Source of the DNA: a virus | Lineage: Duplodnaviria > Heunggongvirae > Uroviricota > Caudoviricetes | DNA length: 49,559 nt | Reading direction: 5' to 3' (one strand) | Virus record (IMG/VR): IMGVR_UViG_2563366953_000002 | Coordinates: 1 to 49,559 of that record | The notes under the pieces: generated by a model | Seen by the model: the letters and a program-made list of their open reading frames with translations, nothing else | Told to the model about the DNA's origin: nothing | Databases searched by the model: none | Made by a program: the position numbers and the translations under genes | Shown here: positions 37,798 through 45,564 of the stretch, piece by piece | How the letters are laid out: every line of letters starts with the position of its first letter | Position numbering within the stretch: position 1 is the first letter of the stretch

Positions 37798-38060
37798 CAA
37801 CGTTAATTCCTTTTAAACCAGACGGGCGAGGTCCGTTTCAGTTCACGGCCAGAATCGGAGAATATGAAGCATTCGCCCGCGTTCCGTTTAATCTGTACGC
37901 AAACCGTTACTATCTGGAACTGAAAGACAGTTCTGGCAAGGTCATTGTATATACGCCTCTGATTGCTTCCCCTGATGGTTACGATATTAATCTGGCGCTG
38001 CCTTGCTCGCCGGGGAAACTCATTTTTCGCGAAAGTACGAATCAGTTTGAGGTTTCGTAA
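37794..38060 (+). CDS. small tail protein (hypothetical)
   Basis: 88-aa ORF with overlapping stop/start junctions. Confidence 0.3.
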   Translation: MTTLIPFKPDGRGPFQFTARIGEYEAFARVPFNLYANRYYLELKDSSGKVIVYTPLIASPDGYDINLALPCSPGKLIFRESTNQFEVS

Positions 38061-39067
38061 TGCGTTATTACCGACTGGAAATCATTAACCCTAAAACAGG
38101 CAAGCCGCCAGTGGATAGCAACGGAAATACCATTGGTCCGTTTGATACCAGCAGAACGCCGGGATGCGGGCTACATGTTGAATTTGATGTGGAGGTGGCT
38201 GGGCTTGATGTAGTGAATTCAGGAACGATGCTCACAATATACGGTTTGCCTATCGACATGCTGAAGCAAAGCGTGAGTTTGCAGGGGTGTCTGGTCCGTA
38301 TGAAAGCGGGCTTTGTTGAGGGATTGCCTTTGGCAAATCCACAGCAACAGGGTGAGGTAATTTATGGCGAAATTTATCTGGCCTATGCCAACTGGATCGG
38401 CACGAACCAGACCTTAAACCTGGTAATAAATCCAACCGTACGCAAAACAGATGATGGTAAACCGTTCTCTATCGAGGGAGAGGGGCTTAAAGGGGAAAAG
38501 GTTAGTGATGTAATCTCCCGTGCGTTGCAAAAGGCATTTCCGAATAAATTGATCGACTGCACAGTCAGTGACAGTCTGGTTTTACCAGAGCCGTGGAAGG
38601 GAACCTACGACAATATTGGGTCGTTGGCGATGGTAGTCCGTAGTGCTTCAATCGCAATGATGCGTAATGAAAGGTATAGCGGAGTCGCTATCAGTATTCT
38701 TTCCGACAGGATACGAATCTACGATAACGTATCGGCAAATTGGGGTGAGCCAAAAACAATTCATGCCCATGAACTGGTCGGGCAGCCGACATGGATAGCG
38801 CCGTTTACCGTCAGTTTCAAATGCCCCATGAGGGGCGACATAAGATGTGGTGATGTGATCAAATTGCCAGAGGGGCTTTATTCTGGCTCTGCGTCGATCG
38901 TGATGGCTAATACAACGGCACCCAGCGTTATCGCAAAAAATTCGACCACGTTTACCGGGAAATTTCTTGTGAAATCAGTCAGACACATTGGTTCGTATCT
39001 GACAGCCGATGGCGATGCCTGGGTGACGGTATTCGAGGCATATGCTGAGAACTGGGCGAGGGTGTAA
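38060..39067 (+). CDS. baseplate/tail protein (hypothetical)
   Basis: 335-aa ORF in the baseplate gene block. Synteny only. Confidence 0.35.
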   Translation: MRYYRLEIINPKTGKPPVDSNGNTIGPFDTSRTPGCGLHVEFDVEVAGLDVVNSGTMLTIYGLPIDMLKQSVSLQGCLVRMKAGFVEGLPLANPQQQGEVIYGEIYLAYANWIGTNQTLNLVINPTVRKTDDGKPFSIEGEGLKGEKVSDVISRALQKAFPNKLIDCTVSDSLVLPEPWKGTYDNIGSLAMVVRSASIAMMRNERYSGVAISILSDRIRIYDNVSANWGEPKTIHAHELVGQPTWIAPFTVSFKCPMRGDIRCGDVIKLPEGLYSGSASIVMANTTAPSVIAKNSTTFTGKFLVKSVRHIGSYLTADGDAWVTVFEAYAENWARV

Positions 39068-39780
39068 TGTCAAACGCTCAAAAAATACCGTTTCTCCGAA
39101 CGCTGTCAGAGATAATGACCAGTTCTGGTAACCAGCAAGCCGAGCTTAAAGGCCGTGAATTGCCCTGCCATGTTGTCGATGTCAGCGGGCAGATAGTGAC
39201 AGTTCAGTTTGATATGCTGCCGGAGGGGATCAACTTTCCGCAGATAACAATCCCTGTCGCCACATTCCCGTATATTCGTTACCCGATACAGCCGGGCGAT
39301 CGAGGAGTAACAATTGCCGCTGATGTATCACTGCGCGGTGTGTCTGGATTGGGAACCGGTATGGCGACGCTCTCTTACTCGATGTCGCTCACTCCACTGT
39401 TTTTCGTGCCACTGGCAAACAAGGACTGGTCCGACGAAGATCCGCAAAAAATAGTTTTGTACGGTCCGGATGGCGCGATCCTCAAAACAGAGGACGGCAG
39501 TAGCTCGGTAACGGTGGCACCGGAAGAAATCAGGCTAAAGTCGAAAGCTGTTTACCTCGAGGCCGAAGATATCTTCATGAACGGGAAAATTCATCTCAAC
39601 GGTCCAATCGTACAGGACAAAGAACAAATGAAGGATACAACCGCTTCGCTGATTGGCCCTCTCAAGGTCGAGAAAGATGCAGTTATCAACGGCGTGAGCG
39701 CCAGCGGCCACAGCCACGATGTGACTGGCGTTCAAAGCGGCGGCAGCACGATCACGTCGAAGAAACCAAATCCGGGTTAA
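39067..39780 (+). CDS. putative baseplate spike (gpV-like)
   Basis: 237 aa; N-terminal OB-fold-like pattern (..CHVVDVSGQIVTVQFDMLP..) and a Gly/Ser-rich C-terminus; position before the baseplate wedge genes. Confidence 0.4.
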   Translation: MSNAQKIPFLRTLSEIMTSSGNQQAELKGRELPCHVVDVSGQIVTVQFDMLPEGINFPQITIPVATFPYIRYPIQPGDRGVTIAADVSLRGVSGLGTGMATLSYSMSLTPLFFVPLANKDWSDEDPQKIVLYGPDGAILKTEDGSSSVTVAPEEIRLKSKAVYLEAEDIFMNGKIHLNGPIVQDKEQMKDTTASLIGPLKVEKDAVINGVSASGHSHDVTGVQSGGSTITSKKPNPG

Positions 39781-39813
39781 TACCGGCTCACTTTAAATTA
39801 CATCCATAAAGCG

Positions 39814-39850
39814 AAAGCCCCGGCTGCTGCAACAGTTCGGGGCTTTTTGT
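39814..39850 (+). terminator. intrinsic terminator (copy 2 of the repeated hairpin)
   Basis: GCCCCGgctgctgcaacagttCGGGGC followed by TTTTT; nearly identical in stem and loop to the element at about 20000. Coordinates approximate. Confidence 0.5.
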
Positions 39851-39995
39851 ATCAACAGAACAGTATTTGAAATGGCATGGAGATTACTCATGCAGCCAAA
39901 TTCTAGCGCACCTAAAGATAAATTTGGAGACGATTTGATGATTAAGGCTGAGACCACTCCGCAAGGAGCAATAAGGCTGCGAGGATAATCGCGGT

Positions 39996-40202
39996 ATGCC
40001 GAGGGATTCGTCACATACTTACGCCTGTTGCCTGGATCACTTGTACTGCATTAGTGGCGGGTACATTGATTTACCTGAAAAACTGATAAAGGAGTTACGA
40101 GAAATGGGCGAAAGATTACCCAACTGGAAATTCCTGTTGATATGGTGTGTGTTTTTCTTATTTGGACTATCCGCTTTGATTCAGGCGATCCGGTGGCGGT
40201 AA
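39996..40202 (+). CDS. small C-terminally hydrophobic protein, copy 1
   Basis: 68-aa ORF; an internal ATG near 40103 is preceded by AAAGGAG; C-terminus ..LIKELREMGERLPNWKFLLIWCVFFLFGLSALIQAIRWR is one TM helix. Confidence 0.35.
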   Translation: MPRDSSHTYACCLDHLYCISGGYIDLPEKLIKELREMGERLPNWKFLLIWCVFFLFGLSALIQAIRWR

Positions 40203-40321
40203 TTTTTACATAACTTTACATATGGCAATGAAAAAACAACAAATTACTTCATGGATGATTTGCTACGTGAACTCAAGCATAGAATGACATGGTGTTAAGT
40301 AATTGTTACAAAGGGATTGGT

Positions 40322-40468
40322 ATGAAGTTTCTTTTCATTGTTTATAAATTACTAGTTGAGATTCGAGTTATGGGCGAGAAATTTCCCAATTGGAAGTTTT
40401 TACTTATCTGGTTGGTCTTTCTGATTCTGGCGTCTGGATATTTTGTTGGGCAGATCCGATGGTGGTGA
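40322..40468 (+). CDS. small C-terminally hydrophobic protein, copy 2 (paralog of copy 1)
   Basis: Hand-translated 48-aa ORF (AAGGGA upstream): MKFLFIVYKLLVEIRVMGEKFPNWKFLLIWLVFLILASGYFVGQIRWW; conserved with copy 1 over about 40 residues. Confidence 0.35.
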   Translation: MKFLFIVYKLLVEIRVMGEKFPNWKFLLIWLVFLILASGYFVGQIRWW

Positions 40469-40475
40469 GGGCACG

Positions 40476-40823
40476 ATGAGGACATGGGGCCGCGTCACCG
40501 ACGTGAACGGCAATAAAAAATGGGTTGCTGTAGAATCTGACGCCAACGGTGATTTCTCCTACGGCTGGCTGACGACGCTCATTCAGACGTTAAAGCTGGG
40601 GGTGGGGGAGTCGCCGTTTTACGCGAATTACGGCATTCCAGCACAGCAGTGCATCGTGCAGCAGATTTACCCGGACTACTATGTGAACATGGTTCAGCAA
40701 CAGTTTGCCGGGTATTTTGCATCACTGGCAATTTCAAGGGTAGATGGGGCTGAGAACCCCACCTATAACATCGATGTTGTGTTTTTTAATGGGACCAGTT
40801 ACCGGATGCAGGTTCCGGTGTGA
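40476..40823 (+). CDS. putative baseplate protein
   Basis: ORF track start is TTG at 40443; ATG at 40476 follows GGTGAGG; 115 aa; lies between the spike-like and J-like genes. Confidence 0.35.
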   Translation: MRTWGRVTDVNGNKKWVAVESDANGDFSYGWLTTLIQTLKLGVGESPFYANYGIPAQQCIVQQIYPDYYVNMVQQQFAGYFASLAISRVDGAENPTYNIDVVFFNGTSYRMQVPV

Positions 40824-41173
40824 GGCAAATTTTCGGGCATCAGTTGGGCCAGTGGCGTGTTAAGAAGTTCATCGCGTGGCATGACAATCCATCCACTTTT
40901 GCGTAGTAAGTGAATTGCCCATTCTGTGGTGATAACTGAGCCTGATTTGTGGTGCTCAATGTGGGTAACCGAGCCGTTTCTGACGCGCATGATGATGTCA
41001 ACATTCAGAGGGGATTGTGTGCTGGTGGTATCTTCGCGCAGCTTCTTCTCGCACTCGATGAAGTATCGGCGGATCTGGCGTCCTTTTTCGTTGCGCTCGA
41101 CCATTGCCAGTTCTTTGGCGGTGTCCAGGGTGAGGTGGTAGTCCTTGCGGCGGCGGCCTGGAGTTTTCGCCAA
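40799..41173 (-). pseudogene. antirepressor C-terminal-domain fragment lacking a proper start
   Basis: Frame opens with TTG directly after an in-frame stop, with no ATG or SD. The product (..[35 protein letters not shown]..) resembles the C-terminal domain of phage antirepressors, which normally follows an N-terminal domain. Confidence 0.45.
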
Positions 41174-41185
41174 ATTTGGCGAAAA
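41164..41185. repeat. perfect 22-bp palindrome TTTTCGCCAAATTTGGCGAAAA
   Basis: Read directly from the sequence; overlaps the 5' end of the antirepressor fragment at the border of AT-rich DNA; no flanking U-tract. Confidence 0.6.
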
Positions 41186-41213
41186 TAGAATGTAGTCTAA
41201 AAAAGTCTAACAA

Positions 41214-41753
41214 CTACTTATTTTCAGACACACATTTTTCAAAATTTTTTATCGAGTCATTGAAAACTGAATTCATTATCTCATAAGTTTTATGATCTAT
41301 CTTTTTGTCTAGATAATCTTTATTGTTTTTCTTTATTTTTTCCTTAGTATCAGTAATGGCTTTTTTACAAATTTGATAATTTATCTGCTGATCGTTTAAA
41401 CCGCCTCCATTGACAATTAGAGAAATAGCTGTATTCATGTCTTGTATATTGTAGGAATAGTGTAATGTGTCATTGGTTGGATGGCTGGGATTATCATAAT
41501 AAACATTACCGAATTTCATTAACATTATTCCCGATTTCCCATAAACAGAATCAGATAAGTATGCGGCATTCATATTTCCGGCAGTAAAATTATCAGTATG
41601 ACATATAAAACGCCGACCATATTGAAGCTGTAATTTATGCATAGCATCGTTGCAGGCAGCTCTTATTAGACGGGTATGATTATTGTCTTCTTCTTAAGCG
41701 CATACTGAAAATGAAAGAGTGGATGCAATTAGCAATGAAATTAATTTCTTCAT
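41214..41753 (-). pseudogene. AT-rich secreted-protein gene interrupted by one in-frame TAA after the signal peptide
   Basis: Hand translation: ATG at 41753 gives MKKLISLLIASTLSFSVCA, then TAA (41694-41696), then the same frame continues EEDNNHTRLIRAACNDA-MHKLQ... through the 142-aa ORF 41214-41642; four Cys in the mature part. Confidence 0.45.
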
Positions 41754-41774
41754 AAATTACCCTTGAGATTAACT

Positions 41775-43001
41775 ATGTCAGAAATACCAATTACTATGAC
41801 CAGTGCGGGTGCGCAGCCTACGCCACCCAATGATTTGCTTGCGAATCTTATCACCAGGGTTGCTGAAAAAGTACCTGGATATACAGCCAACCTTCCGGCG
41901 GGACTTATTACAGACCTTGCCAGCACGGCAGTCGGGGCGGTGGCATTAATAGACCAGGCGCGGGTTGATCTTATTAACTCCGTAAGCCCATACGGCGCGA
42001 ATATTCCGTTACTGATGCAACTCGGAAACATTTATGGAGCACAGAAGGGATTAAGTACAAATACGGCGGTATACGTGGTGTTTGAGGCGTTGCCGGGATT
42101 TGGTATCCCTAAAGGATTTGTGGTTGGAGACGGTAACTACCAGTATGCGGTTTCCCGCGATACGGTGGTGCCGGAAAATGGGCAGACTGAGCCAGTCTAC
42201 TGTGTGGCCACAACGTCAGGCTCATGGGCTGTACCGGAAGGGACCGTGACGCAGGTCATTACATCAGTACCCAAAGACCAGCCTGTAAAATGCACGAACC
42301 TTACCGCAGGAATGCCCGGTCAGGAGGCGCAGACGTGGGCATCTTACCGCGCCGAAGTCATGGAGTCCGGCATGTTTGGTGTGCAGGGAACACCGGATTG
42401 CTTTAAAGCGATGCTCAAATCAGTAAGCGGTGTGCGCGAAAACCTGATTTCTTTCCGGCAGTCGTCGCTGGGGAAATGGGTTGCGGTTGTTGGTGGCGGT
42501 GATCCGTATGACGTGGCTTATGCGATTTACAAATCTGTACCGGATATTTCGAAACTGACCAACGATGTAAGCAATCCATCCGGTGCGGCAGTGGAAAAAC
42601 GCACGGTTTCAATAACCGTTTCGCCGGACGTTTATCAGGTGCCGTTCGTTATCCCGTCATCACAAAACGTCATGGTGCTAATCACCTGGAACACGGTGTC
42701 TGATGATTATGTTGACCCGGCGGGTATTGCTATGGCTGTGCAGCAAAACGTTGCTGATTACATCAATTCTATTGAAGTCGGTCACCCGATAAATCTGCTG
42801 CGAATCCAGGATATTTTTACCAGCTCCGTAAAATTGCTGGTTGATGCGACGTTGATCTCAACAATCAGTGTGAGCATTGGTATTAACGGTCATATTGTTC
42901 TTCCGGCAAAAGACACAAGCCTGGTTTATGGCGATACCTATTCCTATTTTTCGACGGTGGCATCACAGGTTCAGGTCAATAAGTATGCAATATCTGACTG
43001 A
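41775..43001 (+). CDS. baseplate J-like protein
   Basis: ORF track start is TTG at 41763; ATG at 41775; 408 aa; followed by a gpI-like gene and tail fibres. Confidence 0.5.
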   Translation: MSEIPITMTSAGAQPTPPNDLLANLITRVAEKVPGYTANLPAGLITDLASTAVGAVALIDQARVDLINSVSPYGANIPLLMQLGNIYGAQKGLSTNTAVYVVFEALPGFGIPKGFVVGDGNYQYAVSRDTVVPENGQTEPVYCVATTSGSWAVPEGTVTQVITSVPKDQPVKCTNLTAGMPGQEAQTWASYRAEVMESGMFGVQGTPDCFKAMLKSVSGVRENLISFRQSSLGKWVAVVGGGDPYDVAYAIYKSVPDISKLTNDVSNPSGAAVEKRTVSITVSPDVYQVPFVIPSSQNVMVLITWNTVSDDYVDPAGIAMAVQQNVADYINSIEVGHPINLLRIQDIFTSSVKLLVDATLISTISVSIGINGHIVLPAKDTSLVYGDTYSYFSTVASQVQVNKYAISD

Positions 43002-43611
43002 GAAAATACTTCCTGCTTATCCGTTTGTGCAGTACAGAGATGATCCGAATGTTGTTGCGTTCTTTGAAGCATACAATGAAATTGCTCAGGAATACCTCGA
43101 TTCGCTCAACAATCTGGCATTGCCATGCTGGACATCGGAATCAATAACCGGGCAGTTGCTGGACTGGATAGCACTTGGTATTTACGGTGTTGAAAGACCT
43201 TTACTACAGGTTTCAGAGGAGGCTATTGCGCGCGGTGCATACGATACCATTGAATACAATACGATCCCGTACGCAGCAATGCGGAATTACGTTCCGGGGC
43301 AGGCATCGTATGTCCCTGATGATTATTTCAAACGAATATTAACGTGGAATTTTTATAAGGCTGACGGTTCGCATTTCTGCATTGACTGGTTAAAGCGCCG
43401 TGTGGCGCGGTTCATTCATGGGAAAAACGGAATAGACCCGCCGTTGCAGCACACTTTTGATGTGAGCGTGACTGTATCGGACAGTGTTTTTTCTATTCAG
43501 ATACCAGAATATGGTGATGGTATAGGCTATTTTCTGAAAGATGCCATTGACCAGAAATATGTAAAACTCCCTTTTATTTATTCCTATGCAACAACGGTGA
43601 TTCAAAAATGA
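42985..43611 (+). CDS. tail protein (gpI-like)
   Basis: ORF 42877-43611 trimmed to the ATG at 42985, which overlaps the J-like stop; 208 aa beginning MQYLTEKILPAYPFVQYRDDPNVVAFFEAYNE. Confidence 0.4.
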   Translation: MQYLTEKILPAYPFVQYRDDPNVVAFFEAYNEIAQEYLDSLNNLALPCWTSESITGQLLDWIALGIYGVERPLLQVSEEAIARGAYDTIEYNTIPYAAMRNYVPGQASYVPDDYFKRILTWNFYKADGSHFCIDWLKRRVARFIHGKNGIDPPLQHTFDVSVTVSDSVFSIQIPEYGDGIGYFLKDAIDQKYVKLPFIYSYATTVIQK

Positions 43612-44993
43612 TTCTTGGATTCGGCAATAACGTTGTTTCAGCACTGGCTGGTGATATTACGACGATTCAGACTGATATTCCGGTGATGCCGGGCACGGGA
43701 GCTAAATTTGCAAAATTGCTTTCTGCCGATTTTGAAAATAAATCGAACGGGCAACGCGTCTATGCAAAAATTACGCTTACCGATAATAAAGAGTCTGCAT
43801 TTGAGATTTGTCACCTGGTATCGGTAAGCGGTGATGTGCTGAAAGTCATTCGTGGGCAGGAAGGAACAACCGCGAAAGGTTGGTCCCTTAATGACGTTGT
43901 GGCTAACTTTGCCACGCGTGGATCGGAAAACTATTTCGTACAGATTGCGCAGCTTCAGAGCGGTCATTATATTGCGGGTGTTGCTGGTGGCACTGCAAAC
44001 ACACTGACGCTGGAACTTCCTTCGACGTTTTTTGTTAATGAGGGTACAGATTGGACACTACGAACCCCGATTATCGTTTTCCCCGTTCAGAACAATACCA
44101 ACGCGGCGACACTTCAACTAACACTAGGCGGAAAGGTTCTTGGTACGTTCCCACTTTATAAGGGGAACAAGTCCGAGCTGGTGGCGAATGATATCATTAA
44201 GGGTATTCCTTTGATTTGCCTTCTTGATAGCGAGAAAAGCTATTTCAGTGTGATAAACCCTGGAAATATCTATTCAGATTTTGATCTGCGATATGTAAAA
44301 AAATCTGGTGATTTGATGACCGGGGAACTGAAAATCCGTGGTGTTAATGCGCTGAGGATTTTCAACGAAGCCTTTGGCCTGATTTTTCGTCGTTCGGAAG
44401 AGAGCCTGCACCTCATTCCCACCCAGGAAAACCAGGGCGAAAACGGCGATATTGGCCCACTGCGACCGTTCAGCATTAACCTGCGGACGGGTGAAGTTTC
44501 AATGTCTCACCCGGTATCTGTTGGCGGCGGCTCGAAAGTAAACGGTGCATTAGGTATCGGCGTTCAGAACGCACTGGGCGGAAACTCAATTGCGTTCGGG
44601 GATAACGATACCGGTCTGAAACAGAATGGTGATGGCCTGCTGGATGTTTATGCCAATAGCGTGCATGTGTTGCGTTTTCAGAGTGGCAGTATCCAGAGTA
44701 ATAAAGCTGTAAACGTTACAGGACGGGTAACACCGTCAGACTATGGAAACTTTGATGCCCGTTACCAGACCAAAACAGGCTGCGTGCAGGATGTGCGTTA
44801 TGGTTCCGAAATGTATTACAACCCGGGAGGTAACCAGATATCCTGGACATTTCGCTCACCTTCAGGCCACGGGTTATCCGGTATTAATGTGCAGGAAACC
44901 GGAAGTAATTCGGCAGATAACATCGGTGGCGTGTATTACCGACCGCTTCAGAAACTGATTAACGGCACCTGGTATAACGTGGCGAGTGTTTAA
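43608..44993 (+). CDS. tail fibre protein (set 1)
   Basis: 461 aa; Gly/Asn/Ser-rich C-terminal half; followed by a tail-fibre assembly gene. Confidence 0.55.
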   Translation: MILGFGNNVVSALAGDITTIQTDIPVMPGTGAKFAKLLSADFENKSNGQRVYAKITLTDNKESAFEICHLVSVSGDVLKVIRGQEGTTAKGWSLNDVVANFATRGSENYFVQIAQLQSGHYIAGVAGGTANTLTLELPSTFFVNEGTDWTLRTPIIVFPVQNNTNAATLQLTLGGKVLGTFPLYKGNKSELVANDIIKGIPLICLLDSEKSYFSVINPGNIYSDFDLRYVKKSGDLMTGELKIRGVNALRIFNEAFGLIFRRSEESLHLIPTQENQGENGDIGPLRPFSINLRTGEVSMSHPVSVGGGSKVNGALGIGVQNALGGNSIAFGDNDTGLKQNGDGLLDVYANSVHVLRFQSGSIQSNKAVNVTGRVTPSDYGNFDARYQTKTGCVQDVRYGSEMYYNPGGNQISWTFRSPSGHGLSGINVQETGSNSADNIGGVYYRPLQKLINGTWYNVASV

Positions 44994-44995
44994 CA

Positions 44996-45541
44996 ATGTT
45001 GCATTTAAAAAATATTACTGCAGGCCATCCGAAAACCGCAGAACAATATCAGATGACAAAACAACATGGTATCACCTGGCTTTTTTCGGAAGATGACAAA
45101 AACTGGTATAAAGAGCTGAAAAATTTTGCCAGTGACACCATAAAAATGGTTTACACCGGAGACGGGCGCGTGGTGTGGGTCGGTAAGGATGTGACAGGCA
45201 TTGAACCCCGTAACGCCAGTGTTATTGAAGTTCCTGATATTACCGCTAACCGCCGTATTACCGTGCCTGGTTACTGGTTTTACCGCGACGATAAATTTGT
45301 CTTCGACTACAAACTTAAAGCGGAAGATGAGCGTGATGCCCTGTTACAACAGGCCAGCATCATGACCAGCGAATGGGAAAAAGACCTGCTGCTGGGATTA
45401 ATCAGTGACGAAGACAGGGAGAGGCTGAAAGCGTACCGCATTTACGCGAAATCGCTGCAGGCGATGGATTTCAACATTATCACTGATAAAACCTCATATA
45501 ACGCCATTGAATGGCCCGTCTCTCCGGAAGCCTCTTCCTGA
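44996..45541 (+). CDS. tail fibre assembly protein (Tfa-like)
   Basis: 181 aa; C-terminal ..NAIEWPVSPE.. resembles the conserved Tfa C-terminal motif; immediately downstream of tail fibre 1. Confidence 0.6.
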   Translation: MLHLKNITAGHPKTAEQYQMTKQHGITWLFSEDDKNWYKELKNFASDTIKMVYTGDGRVVWVGKDVTGIEPRNASVIEVPDITANRRITVPGYWFYRDDKFVFDYKLKAEDERDALLQQASIMTSEWEKDLLLGLISDEDRERLKAYRIYAKSLQAMDFNIITDKTSYNAIEWPVSPEASS

Positions 45542-45564
45542 TTTAATTTATCGCGAGAAAAACT

